A stretch of DNA of 64,000 bases from Terriglobia bacterium. GTDB lineage: Bacteria; Acidobacteriota; Polarisedimenticolia; Polarisedimenticolales; CAVOVZ01. Each line of letters starts with the position of its first letter. Position 1 is the first letter of the stretch. The position numbers and the translations under genes were made by a program. Shown here piece after piece: positions 1 through 10,800 of the stretch. The stretch is taken from contig CAVOVZ010000027.1 in NCBI GenBank assembly GCA_963699985.1, forward strand, positions 16,128 to 80,127, read 5' to 3'. The notes under the pieces were generated by a model, which did not search any database, was not told where the DNA came from, and saw only the letters and a program-made list of their open reading frames with translations.

Positions 1-17
1 GTGGGGAGCGACGCGGG

Positions 18-2753
18 TCAGGCCGGGCGGCCCACGGCGGGCCCCCGCGCTCTCGCCCGCGCGAAGGCGCCGATGGCCATCGCGACGATCACGGCCGCGG
101 CCGCAGCAGCGTAGCCGAAGAACCAGTGATCCGGATCGAGCGTCGCCGGGAATCGCGCCATCACCTGGCCGGCGAGCGTCATCGCCATCAGGGCCAGCAG
201 CCCGAATCGCACGACGACGAACAGCATCGCACCGATCACCAGGATCCCGATCAAGAGGCTGAGCCAAGGAGCGCCCGCAGCCGCGCGCGCGCTTCCGACC
301 ACGGGTCCCAGCAGCAGCAGCGTCACGACCAGGGCGGCCGCGTTCGAGCGCAGGATGCCCCGAAGCACGGCGAGCAAGAGGAGAATCATCATCGGCGACA
401 ACAGGACTCCCACGGAGGTGCCTGCCAGCTGGCCCACGAAGCTGCGCATCCCGAGCGTTCCGGAAAAATCCGCGACCGCCGGCGCCGTCGCCGTCCCGGT
501 GAACGTCTGGGCCGCGCGAGTCACGCCGCCCACGATCCATGCGAGCGCCGGGGCGGCGGCCAGACCGTACAGAACGTCGCGCGCGACGAGCGAGTCTCGT
601 ACCCGTCCCGCCAGCAGCCGGCTCCACCCGATGAGCGCGTCCGGCCAGCGCTTGCGGACGATGGGCTCCAGGCCGAGATACAGGACGCAGCAGATGCCGG
701 AGAGGAGAAGAGAGAACGCGATGCCCTGAAGGAGCAGGCTCCACTCCTCCGGGGCGACGCTCTGATGGTGCGCGTTGCACGCCCAGCTCAGAAGCGTCGT
801 GACGAAGACCGCGAACGAGAGTCGCAGCGCACCGCGGCTGTCCCCTCGTCCCGAAACGAGGCTGCGTCGAGCGAGGAACCCGGCGCCGGATAGACCGACG
901 AGGACGAGGAGAATGTTCAGATTCTGCCCGACCCGTTCCCAACGCGAGGGCACGTACGGCTTCATCCGCGCGGGTCGGCTCCACGGCCGCACGACCTCGA
1001 ACGAGACCGGCTCTCCGCGGAACGACGCGGCCTCGATGCGGATGGGAATGCCGGGCGGCTCGGGCCAGATCCCCTTCCACGCGGCTCTCGAGTCGGCGTA
1101 GACCACGGGAATCCACTCCGGCTCCACGGTCTCAAAGCTCTTCGGGTCGAGTCCGGCCGCTTCGAAGAGCGGGTCCCATTGCGTGACCGCCGCCCCTTCG
1201 GGAGCGGGGCCGGGAACTTGCGGGGGCACGACGAGCAAGCTCAAAAGGCGCCCCGCCTCGTCGAGGGATACCACGCCGGACCCCGATTCGTCCGCGGGGC
1301 TCGGGTCGTCCATGCTCACGCGCCCTTCGATGTTGTCGGGGGTCAGATCGCGCGGCGCCTGACGGTACCAGAATTGCGTGGCGCCGATTCGCTGCGTCGC
1401 GAGCGGGCGAAACCGATCGTCGGCCGGCCCATGGTCGCCCAGCCAGGCGAGCGCCTCGCGGCTCGATCGGAAGCCGTATGCGCGATCGGCGGCAGGCGTG
1501 TCGAGGCCCGCGCTCCGGAGCGCCGCGCGCGCGCGCTCCGCAAGGGCTTCGGGAGGAAGCGCAACCGGACCGCGGCCGGCGACGCTGCGCGAGTGCGCGA
1601 GCCCGAGCGTGCCCACGACCCCCAATACGGCCAGCGCCAGCGCGATCCACGCCCGGGCGCCCGAAATCCCCTCATGGGCTCCGGCGGCGGCCACCATCTC
1701 GGGCGAGGGCAGCTCGCCCGCCGCGATCGCCGCGCGGAGCGGATCGCCTCCGGGAAGAGCGACGGCGACGGCGAGCGCCGAAGCGGGGCGCTCCGCAGGA
1801 TCGCGCTCGAGGCAGCGCCGGATCACCCGCTCGACGGCCGGATCCACGTCGGCGAATTCGATGCGGGTCCGCTCGGGCGAGAAGCTCTCCCTCTGGCGAC
1901 GCAGGTCGGCGAGCGTCGGTGCATCGAAGACCTGTCGGCCCGTGAACATCTCTTGGAGGACGAGGCCGAGCGCGTAGAGGTCGCTCCGGACCGTGACCTC
2001 GCGACCTTCGATCTGCTCCGGCGCCATGTAGGCCGGCGTCCCCGAGCGCAGGTCGTCGGCGGAAAGGTCGTCTCGGACGGCAGCCAGACCGAAGTCCATG
2101 AGACGCACCCGCCCCTCGCCGTCGAGCATGACGTTCTCGGGCTTGAGGTCCCGGTGGAGCACCCCGCGATCGTGCGCCGCGGCGAGCCCGGCGCAGATCT
2201 GCCGGGCGATCTCCACCGCTTTCACGCCGGGAAGCCGTCCGATCCGCCGCAGGAGCGAGGCGAGATTCTCTCCGTCCACGCATTCCATCGTGATGTAGGG
2301 CTGCCCGTCCGCCTCGCCGATATCGTGGACTCGGCAGACGTTCGCGTGCGTCACCTGTCGCGCCGCCCGGACCTCGTTGTGGAATCGCGCGAGCATGAGC
2401 GGGTTCTGCGCGAGCGAGGCCGGTAGGAACTTCAGCGCCACCGCCTGCCCCAGCCTCATGTCCTCCGCCCGATACACCTCGCCCATTCCGCCGCGACCCA
2501 GCGGACCTTCGATGCGGTACCGCCCGGCAAGGACCTCTCCCGGAACGAAGCGGGTCCGGCGGCCGGCTGCGGTGGCCCTGGGACTCGATGACGACGTGAC
2601 GACCGTCGGGGTCGCGGTCGAGGAGAGAGCAGGACCCGCCGGACTTCCGCACGACGGGCAAAAGCGGGCCTCCTTCGGAACCGCAGCACTGCATCGAACG
2701 CAAGGTGCGAGCATGTCGCCGTAGAGGCTACCGGGGAAATCCGGGGACAGCAA
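18..2753 (-). CDS. Ser/Thr protein kinase with N-terminal zinc ribbon and large C-terminal multi-pass membrane region
   Basis: 911-aa ORF. CxxC..CxxC ribbon (CVRCSA..FCPSCGS). Hanks kinase motifs GRGGMGEVY, VALKFL, HRDLKPENVML, DFGLA, GTPAYMAPE. Many hydrophobic helices in the C-terminal half. Confidence 0.9.
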   Translation of the reverse strand: MLSPDFPGSLYGDMLAPCVRCSAAVPKEARFCPSCGSPAGPALSSTATPTVVTSSSSPRATAAGRRTRFVPGEVLAGRYRIEGPLGRGGMGEVYRAEDMRLGQAVALKFLPASLAQNPLMLARFHNEVRAARQVTHANVCRVHDIGEADGQPYITMECVDGENLASLLRRIGRLPGVKAVEIARQICAGLAAAHDRGVLHRDLKPENVMLDGEGRVRLMDFGLAAVRDDLSADDLRSGTPAYMAPEQIEGREVTVRSDLYALGLVLQEMFTGRQVFDAPTLADLRRQRESFSPERTRIEFADVDPAVERVIRRCLERDPAERPASALAVAVALPGGDPLRAAIAAGELPSPEMVAAAGAHEGISGARAWIALALAVLGVVGTLGLAHSRSVAGRGPVALPPEALAERARAALRSAGLDTPAADRAYGFRSSREALAWLGDHGPADDRFRPLATQRIGATQFWYRQAPRDLTPDNIEGRVSMDDPSPADESGSGVVSLDEAGRLLSLLVVPPQVPGPAPEGAAVTQWDPLFEAAGLDPKSFETVEPEWIPVVYADSRAAWKGIWPEPPGIPIRIEAASFRGEPVSFEVVRPWSRPARMKPYVPSRWERVGQNLNILLVLVGLSGAGFLARRSLVSGRGDSRGALRLSFAVFVTTLLSWACNAHHQSVAPEEWSLLLQGIAFSLLLSGICCVLYLGLEPIVRKRWPDALIGWSRLLAGRVRDSLVARDVLYGLAAAPALAWIVGGVTRAAQTFTGTATAPAVADFSGTLGMRSFVGQLAGTSVGVLLSPMMILLLLAVLRGILRSNAAALVVTLLLLGPVVGSARAAAGAPWLSLLIGILVIGAMLFVVVRFGLLALMAMTLAGQVMARFPATLDPDHWFFGYAAAAAAVIVAMAIGAFARARARGPAVGRPA

Positions 2754-3196
2754 CCGAACCTCGGGGTCGACCCACGGATGGGAGCACCCTGGGTCTCGCG
2801 ATCAAAGTTGTCGTCCCCGAATTTCCTCCGCGGGTCGTTTCGCGAGTTTCGGTTGCATACGGTCCGATGCCGCGCTGAGGATGGGGTTGTCTCGAATTCG
2901 GCTGCGGCACGGCGACTCCTCGGACATCCCCGAATCCGCCGACGCGACGCGCGGTCGTTACGAACAACGGCGTTGAACGCGTCTCCCCTGCTTCGTACGA
3001 ATGCACGCGACGAGTTCATCCCACCGGATCTCGCGAACGTGGGGCGGACTCGACGGGAGAACCGGTGAAGTTCATGAGGCCGCCATCTCGACCGCGCTCG
3101 GCAGGAACGGCAACGGCCTCGCTTCTCCCCGACTCGACACGACACGTGAACCTGATGCGGCATGGCGTCGCACAGGAACGGTAAAGGGAGAGACGT

Positions 3197-4237
3197 ATGA
3201 AGAAGAACCTGTTCCTGGCGGGGCTCGCGTTGGCCCTCGCCTTTAGCACGGCGCAGGCCGGCATCGATCTGAACGAAGTCGGCGCGTTCCTCGTCTATCC
3301 GGGAGTCGCCGCCACGGCGGACGGACTCCAGGTCGAGACGTTCCTCACGATCACCAACACCTCCGAGATGGCGGTGATCGCCCATGTGTCGTTCATCAAC
3401 GGGAACGAGCGCAGCCCCCGCTACTGCTACGAGTGCGATTTCGACGTTCCGCTCAGCGGCCTCGACACCGAGACCCTGGTGCTGATCCGGCAGGGCGACG
3501 TCACGATCATCCGGAACATGGACACGGGTGCCCAGCGCTCTTGTTCCCAGGGCATCGGGTTCGTGACCGTGGACGTCGAGGACTTCAACCACAACGTCCT
3601 GTCCGACAACATCCTCCTCGGCTCCGAGGTGGTGGTCGACTACACGAACGGCGCGGCGATGTCCGTTTCCGCCATCTCCATCCAGGGCGAGAGCGGCGAC
3701 GGCGACCGCACCTTCGCATTCGACGGCATCGAGTACCGCAAGTTCCCGTCGGTCGTGGGCGCCGACTTCCTGGCCCCGGACTATGACGGCCTCCTCGACG
3801 CGGACCTGGTCCTCTTCACGCTGGCGTTCGACCGCCAGTTCCCGCCGCTGACCGACTGCTCCGTGATCGGCTTCGACGCCTTCGAGTCGCAGTTCTCCAA
3901 CTCGTTCCAGTTCGGCTGCTGGACGATGGCCTCGCTCGAGGACATCGACCCCGAGTTCGCGTATCCCTTCCTGGGCGACGTGTTCGACCAGCAGGAGCAC
4001 GGCTGGGTGCAGCTGAGCTGCACCGTGTTCGGCACGGGAACCAACGGCGTGATCGAGGGTGGCGTGCACGGCGCGCTGGCCCAGTACGCTCCCGCCGGAA
4101 CGATCCTTCGCCGCAACGACGGCGGCCCGGCGCTGGCCACGGCGGCCGGCTGGGCGCGGCTCCTCTACCAGAGCGGCACGGTGGGCGACGCCATGACGCT
4201 GCATCTCGAGAACGCGGCCCGCGGCGGCACGTTCTGA
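3197..4237 (+). CDS. Secreted hypothetical protein
   Basis: ATG preceded by AAGGGAGAG. Signal peptide MKKNLFLAGLALALAFSTAQA. 346 aa with coding-like composition. Followed by a strong terminator. Confidence 0.75.
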   Translation: MKKNLFLAGLALALAFSTAQAGIDLNEVGAFLVYPGVAATADGLQVETFLTITNTSEMAVIAHVSFINGNERSPRYCYECDFDVPLSGLDTETLVLIRQGDVTIIRNMDTGAQRSCSQGIGFVTVDVEDFNHNVLSDNILLGSEVVVDYTNGAAMSVSAISIQGESGDGDRTFAFDGIEYRKFPSVVGADFLAPDYDGLLDADLVLFTLAFDRQFPPLTDCSVIGFDAFESQFSNSFQFGCWTMASLEDIDPEFAYPFLGDVFDQQEHGWVQLSCTVFGTGTNGVIEGGVHGALAQYAPAGTILRRNDGGPALATAAGWARLLYQSGTVGDAMTLHLENAARGGTF

Positions 4238-4299
4238 TCCGTTTCCTCGAATCCGCTCCGGGGGCTCCCGATCGAGCCCCCGGAACGGTTTCTTCTCGA

Positions 4300-4333
4300 G
4301 GCCGGGGAGACGTCCTCCCCGGCCTTTTTGTTT
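4300..4333 (+). terminator. Rho-independent terminator
   Basis: GGCCGGGGAG / CTCCCCGGCC 10-bp stem with a 5-nt loop, followed by TTTTTGTTT. A second GC hairpin (CCGGGGGCTC..GAGCCCCCGG) lies just upstream. Confidence 0.75.
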
Positions 4334-4615
4334 CTGATGGTAGACTCTCTCGGTCGCTGAGCGCTCGGCCGTGCGGTGGGACGCGCGTTCGCTCCGTACG
4401 AAACCACCCAGGCAATGCTTGAAAACCCAGCGGCATCAGCGAGATCCGGAGGCTCGCCTGCGCTTGACACCGCCGATTCCTCGCCGTATGAAGCATCGCG
4501 TCGAGACGATCGTTCGGATCGAGATCTGGCGGCTGCCCGGTGTGCGGCGGCGCAATCGGTGAGGTGTACAGAAAGCGCGGCGGCGTGGGAGGCTCGGATG
4601 AGGCGGCTGACGTGG

Positions 4616-4873
4616 CTCTTAGGAAACAGATGCTCTCGGGGGCTCTGCCCCCGAACCCCCGCTCCCGCCCTCCGCGACGCCGGCAGACCGGCATCGCTCC
4701 GGTTGGGCTGTTTCCTCCGGAGGTGTCGGGACGCCCGCCCCGTGCCGCCGCTCTTAAGAAACAGATGCTCGGGGGCTTTGCCCCCGAACCCCCACTCCCG
4801 CCCTCCGCGACGCCGGCGGACCGGCATCGCTCCGGTTGGGCTTGCTTCTTCCCGAGGTGTCGGGAGAACGCCC
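4616..4873. repeat. Two tandem copies of a ~135-bp element in the leader of the giant gene
   Basis: Copy A is ~4616-4737 and copy B ~4751-4873, nearly identical (ctcttaRgaaacagatgctc..gggggctYtgcccccgaaccccc..ccgcgacgccggcRgaccggcatcgctccggttgggct). Each copy contains a GGGGGC-nnn-GCCCCC hairpin. Copy B ends at the predicted GTG start. Confidence 0.85.
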
Positions 4874-7800
4874 GTGGGGCTGCTCCTAACCCTGATATTG
4901 ATCCTGCCGGCCGGTTCGGCTGCGGCCGAACTCCTGGATGCCGCCCCGCCGAGCGCCGGGGAATCGACTCCTGGTGTTCCGTGGACGGGCCCGAGGGGAA
5001 TCGTCGAGACGGTCGAGCGAATCGTCGCGCGCGAGGCCGCGTCGGCAGGCGTTCCCTCGGTGGTTCGTACGATCCTGCCCGAGCGTCTGAGCGTCCGGGC
5101 CGTTGCGCGCAAGCAGGATCCGTCGGCTCCCGCCGTGGCGCAGTGGCCCCCCGCCGAGAACGCATCCAGCGCCGCCCCGCCACTCGAGATTCTGGCTCCG
5201 CAGACCATCGGCGCCAGTTTCCTCGCCGCCAACCTCGGTGCCGCAGGGGGAGTCGTCCCCCCGGATGCGTCGGGCGACGTGGGTCCCACGCAGGTTCTGG
5301 TGGCCGTCAACGGCCGCATCCGCGTGTTCGCGAAGAACGGGACCGCGGGAGGCCTGAACGTCAGCCTCGACTCGTTCTTCGCCTCGGTGCGCAACGGGAG
5401 CGCCACGCGCGATCCCCGAGTGCGGTACGACCGGCTGTCGGCACGATGGTTCGTCGTCGCGATCAACGCAGCTCCGCCCAACCGGATCCTCATCGCGGTG
5501 AGTGACGGTTCCGCGATCACCGGGCAGTCGAGCTTCACGTTCTTCCAGTTTCAACACGACCTCGTCGGCTCGGTGCCGAACTCCGACAGTGGAGGCCTCC
5601 TCGACTACCCCACGTTGGGGGTGGACAAGAACGCGCTGTACATCGGGGGAAACGTCTCCAACGCCGCCGGCACCTCGCCGGTGGGGAGCACCGCGTTCGT
5701 CGTGAAAAAGGCGGCGCTGCTCGCGGGCACGCTCCAGGTCACCGCCTTCCGTCAGCTCAGCGACTTCGCGACGACGAACGGACCGTTCGCCCCGCAGGGA
5801 GTGGACAACGACGATCCGAACGCCTCGCAAGGGTACTTCGTGGGAGTGGACGCCCTCGCGTTCTCGCGTCTCGTCATCCGGCGCGTGACGAATCCGGGGG
5901 GTACGCCGTCTCTCTCGGCGAACCTGAATGTCTCCGTCCCCACCACCGTCTATCCGATCCTGGTGCCGCACGCGGGAGTTCCGGAGAACCGCAGGCTCGA
6001 CGCGGTGGACGACCGCCTCGTCTCCGCGGCAGTGACGAGGAACAAGATCACGGGGATCACGAGCCTCTGGACCGCCCATGCCATCGAGGTGAACGCCGCC
6101 GGCGCGGCGACGATCGGAGGGGGGCGCGACGGGGTTCGCTGGTACGAGATCCGTAACTTGACCGGCACTCCGGCCTTGTTCCAGGCCGGAACCCTGTTCG
6201 ACGGGGCGGCGACGGGCCCGAGGTTCTTCTGGATGCCCTCCGTCGCAGCGTCCGGCCAGGGAAACATGGCCATCGGCGCCAGCGCTGCAGGGACGGGTCG
6301 CTTCGCCGAGATCGCCACGGCAGGTCGGTACGCGAGCGATCCAGCCGGAAGTCTCCAGCCTCTCGCCATCGCCCAGACCAGCTCCACCTCGTATCTCGTC
6401 GAGCCGGTCGACGGCCAGCGGTGGGGCGAGTCCTCGCAGACCGTCGTCGACCCCGCGGACGACATGACCCTATGGACGTTCCAGCAGTACTGCGACGCGA
6501 CGAACTCGTGGGGGGTGCGGGCGATCGAGCTGAAGGCACCGCCGCCCGCCCTTCCGGTGAGCGCTCAGCCGTCCACCGTGTGCCAGGGGGTTTCCTCCGC
6601 GAGCGTCACCATCACCGGTTCCTCCAGTGCCGGCTCGGCGTTCTTCGACCCCGGCTCGGACCTGGGCGGGCCGGGATTCTCGAACCGGATCACGGCGTCG
6701 GTGACAGGCGGAGTCGCCGTGAACGACGCCACGTTCGTTGGCCCGACTCAGATGGTCCTCGACCTGGCGACGGAGGGGGCGTCGAGCGGCTCGAAAGCCG
6801 TCACGGTGACGAATCCGGACGGGCAGAGCGCGACGGGGACGGGGATCCTCACGGTCGTCGCCACGCCACCCGCCCCCGTGCCTTCGAACAGCGGCCCGGT
6901 GTGCGCGGGGACGGCGCTTCGACTCTCTGCGTCCACTCTCGCAGGGGCCAGCTACTCATGGACCGGTCCCGACGGCTTCGTGTCCACCGAGCAGAATCCG
7001 GTGATTGCCGTCGCGACCTCCGCGAACGCCGGGGTCTACCACGTCACCGCCGCGGTGGCGGGTTGTCCGTCCTTGCCCGCCGCCACGGTGGCGGTCGTCG
7101 CAGGGGACGGAGGTTCCTGTGACGACGGGAACCCGTGCACGACCGGAACCACCTGCTCGCAGGGGGCTTGCGTGGGCGGATCGGCGACGAGTTGCAACGA
7201 CGGAAACGCGTGCACGGACGATTCGTGCGCGCCCGCCAGCGGATGCGCGCACGTCGCCAACACCGTCCCGTGCGATGACGGCAACGCCTGCACGATCGCG
7301 GACGTCTGCGCGAACGGCGCGTGCCGTGCCGGAACGCAGCTGGGATGCGACGACGGAAACCTCTGTACGATCGACACCTGCGATGCGGTGCTGGGCTGCC
7401 TCCATACGAACAACGCGGTGGCCTGCAACGACGGAAATGCGTGTACCACCGCGGACCGCTGCTCGAACGGGGCCTGCATCGGCGGGCCGGCGGTGAGCTG
7501 CGACGACACCAACGAGTGCACCGACGATTCCTGCGATCCGGCTCTCGGATGTCGCCACACCATCCGCGCCGGCCCGTGCAGCGACGGGGACGCGTGCACG
7601 ACGGGGGACGCCTGCTCGAACGGGACGTGCGTCGGTGGGGGACCCGTGAATTGCGATGACGCCAACCCATGCACGGACGAGGCGTGCTCGCCGGCTCTCG
7701 GGTGCGTCTACGAGGAGAACGCGGCTCCGTGCAGCGACGGCAGCGCGTGCACGGTGGGGGATGTCTGCGACGCCGGCTCGTGCCAGGCGGGTCCGCCCCT

Positions 7801-10800
7801 GAATTGCGATGACGGGAACGCTTGCACCGACGACTCCTGCAATCCGCTCTCCGGATGCGTGCACGTGGCGAACTCGATCTCGTGCAGCGACGGGAACGCC
7901 TGCACCTCGGGGGATCGGTGCTCCGGTGGCACGTGCGTCAGCGGGGGGGCGCTCAGCTGCGACGACGCGAACCCTTGCACGGACGATTCGTGCGATCCGG
8001 TCTCGGGCTGCGCCCACATCAACAACACGGCTCCGTGCAGCGACGGCAGCGTCTGCACCACCGGCGACCAATGCGCGGCCGGAGACTGCGTGGGCGGCCC
8101 TCGGCTGAGCTGCGACGACGGGAACGTGTGCACCACCGATTCGTGCAACTCGGTGTCCGGCTGCCTGCACGCGAACAACACGGCGCCGTGCAACGACGGG
8201 AGCGCGTGCACGACCGGGGACGCCTGCTCGGGCGGCGCGTGCGTCGGAGGACCCGCTCCCAACTGCGACGACGGGAACGTGTGCACGACCGACTCGTGCA
8301 GTCCGGCGTCCGGCTGCCTGCACGCGAACAACACGGCGCCGTGCAGCGACGGGAACGCGTGCACCACCGCGGATACCTGCTCGGGCGGAGTGTGCGTGGG
8401 AGGCGCCGCTGCAAACTGCAACGACGGAAACGTGTGCACCGCCGATTCGTGCGTTCCTGCGACCGGCTGTGCGCACACGAACGTCACCGGCTCGTGCAGC
8501 GACGGGAGCGCGTGCACGACCGGGGACGCCTGCTCGGGCGGCGTGTGCGTCGGAGGACCCGCTCCCAACTGCGACGACGGGAACGTGTGCACGACCGACT
8601 CGTGCAGCCCGGCCTCCGGCTGCCAGCATGCGAACAACACCGCGCCGTGCAGCGACGGGAGCGCGTGCACCACCGGAGACGCCTGCGCCGCCGGGGTGTG
8701 CGTGGGCGGGCCTGCTCCCAACTGCGACGACGCAAACGTGTGCACGGCCGACTCGTGCATCCCTGCGACCGGATGCGCCCACGCGAGCGTCCCGGGGCCG
8801 TGCAGCGACGGGAACGCGTGCACGACCGGGGACGCCTGCTCGGGCGGCGCGTGTGTCGGCGGGCCCGCTCCCAACTGCGACGACGGGAACGTGTGCACGA
8901 CTGACTCGTGCAACCAGGTGTCGGGCTGCCAGCACGCGAACAACACGGCGCCCTGCAGCGACGGGAGCGCGTGCACGACCGCCGACACCTGCTCGGGTGG
9001 AGCGTGCGTGGGCGGCCCGGCTCCGAACTGCGACGACGGGAACGTGTGCACCACCGACTCGTGCATCCCCGCATCCGGTTGCCAGCATGCCAACAACACG
9101 GCGGCCTGCAGCGACGGGAACGCGTGCACGACCGGGGACACCTGTTCGGGCGGGTCGTGCGTCGGCGGCGCCCCTCCGAACTGCGACGACGGCAACGTGT
9201 GCACCGCCGACTCGTGCATCCCGGCGACGGGCTGTGCGCACGCGAACGTCACCGGATCGTGCAGCGACGGGAGCGCGTGCACGATCGGGGACAGCTGTTC
9301 GGGAGGAGTGTGCGTGGGCGGTCCCGCGCCGAACTGCGACGACGGGATCGTGTGCACGGATGACTCGTGCGATGCGGCGACGGGCTGCGTGCACGTGAAC
9401 GGCACGGCGCCGTGCAGCGACGGGAACGCGTGCACGATCGGAGATCGATGCGCCGCAGGGTCGTGCGTGGGAGGGCCGCCGCGCCGGTGCGACGATCGCA
9501 ACGTGTGCACGGACGACTCCTGCGATGCGGCGACGGGGTGCGTGCACGCGAACAACGAGGCGCCGTGCAACGACGGGAGCCTGTGTACGGTCGGGGACCG
9601 CTGCTCGGCCGGCGTCTGCTCCAGCGGGACAGCCGTGGCGTGCGACGACGGGAACGCGTGCACCACCGACTCGTGCGATCCGTCGGCCGGGTGCGTGTTC
9701 ACGGAGAGCGAAGAGCGGTGCGACGACGGGAACCCGTGCACCGATGATTCGTGCGATCCGCTTGCGGGCTGCCTGCACGCGGCGAACGCGGCGCCGTGTA
9801 GCGACGGGAGCGCGTGCAGCGGTCCGGACACCTGCTCGGGCGGAGTGTGCGTGGGCGGACCCGCCCCCAACTGCGACGACGGAAACGCGTGCACGACCGA
9901 TTCGTGCGCCCCGGCGTCCGGTTGCCAGCACGCGAACAACACGGCGCCGTGCAGCGACGGGAACGCGTGCACGACCGGCGACACATGCGCGGCCGGCGCG
10001 TGCACGGGCGGAATGGCGACGAATTGCGACGACGGGAACGTGTGCACGGACGATTCGTGCTCTCCGGCCACCGGCTGCGTGCACGCCAACAACACCGTTT
10101 CGTGCAGCGACGGGGACGCGTGCACGACCGGCGACACATGCGCGGCCGGCGCGTGCACGGGTGGAATGGCGACGAATTGCGACGACGGGAACGTGTGCAC
10201 GGCCGATTCGTGCGTTCCCGCCACGGGATGCGCGCACACGAGCGTCCCGGGGGCGTGCGACGACGGGAACGCGTGCACGACCGGCGACGCGTGCTCGGCG
10301 GGCGCGTGCGTGGGAGGGGCCGCCCCGAACTGCGACGACGGGAACGTGTGCACGACCGACTCGTGCAGCCCGGGCTCCGGCTGCCAGCATGCGCACAACA
10401 CCGCGCCGTGCAGCGACGGGAACGCGTGCACCACCGGCGATGCTTGCTCGGCCGGGGTGTGCGTGGGAGGTGCCGCTCCGAACTGCAACGACAACAACGT
10501 GTGCACGGCCGATTCGTGCATCCCGGCGACGGGTTGCGCGCACACGAACGTCGCCGGATCGTGCAGCGACGGGAGCGCGTGCACGACGGGCGATACCTGC
10601 TCGGGTGGGGTGTGCGTGGGAGGCGCCGCTCCGAACTGCGACGACGGGAACGTGTGCACCACCGACTCGTGTTCTCCGGCTACGGGCTGCGTTCACGCGA
10701 ACAACCCGGCGCCGTGCAGCGACGGGAATGCGTGCACGACCGGGGATGCCTGCTCGGGCGGGGTGTGCGTGGGAGGGGCCGCCCCGAACTGCGACGACGG

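Noticed and set aside
126-2724. Multiple plus- and minus-strand ORFs overlapping the kinase gene
   Set aside because: They are typical high-GC shadow ORFs with Arg/Pro/Gly-rich composition. The kinase frame carries all canonical motifs.
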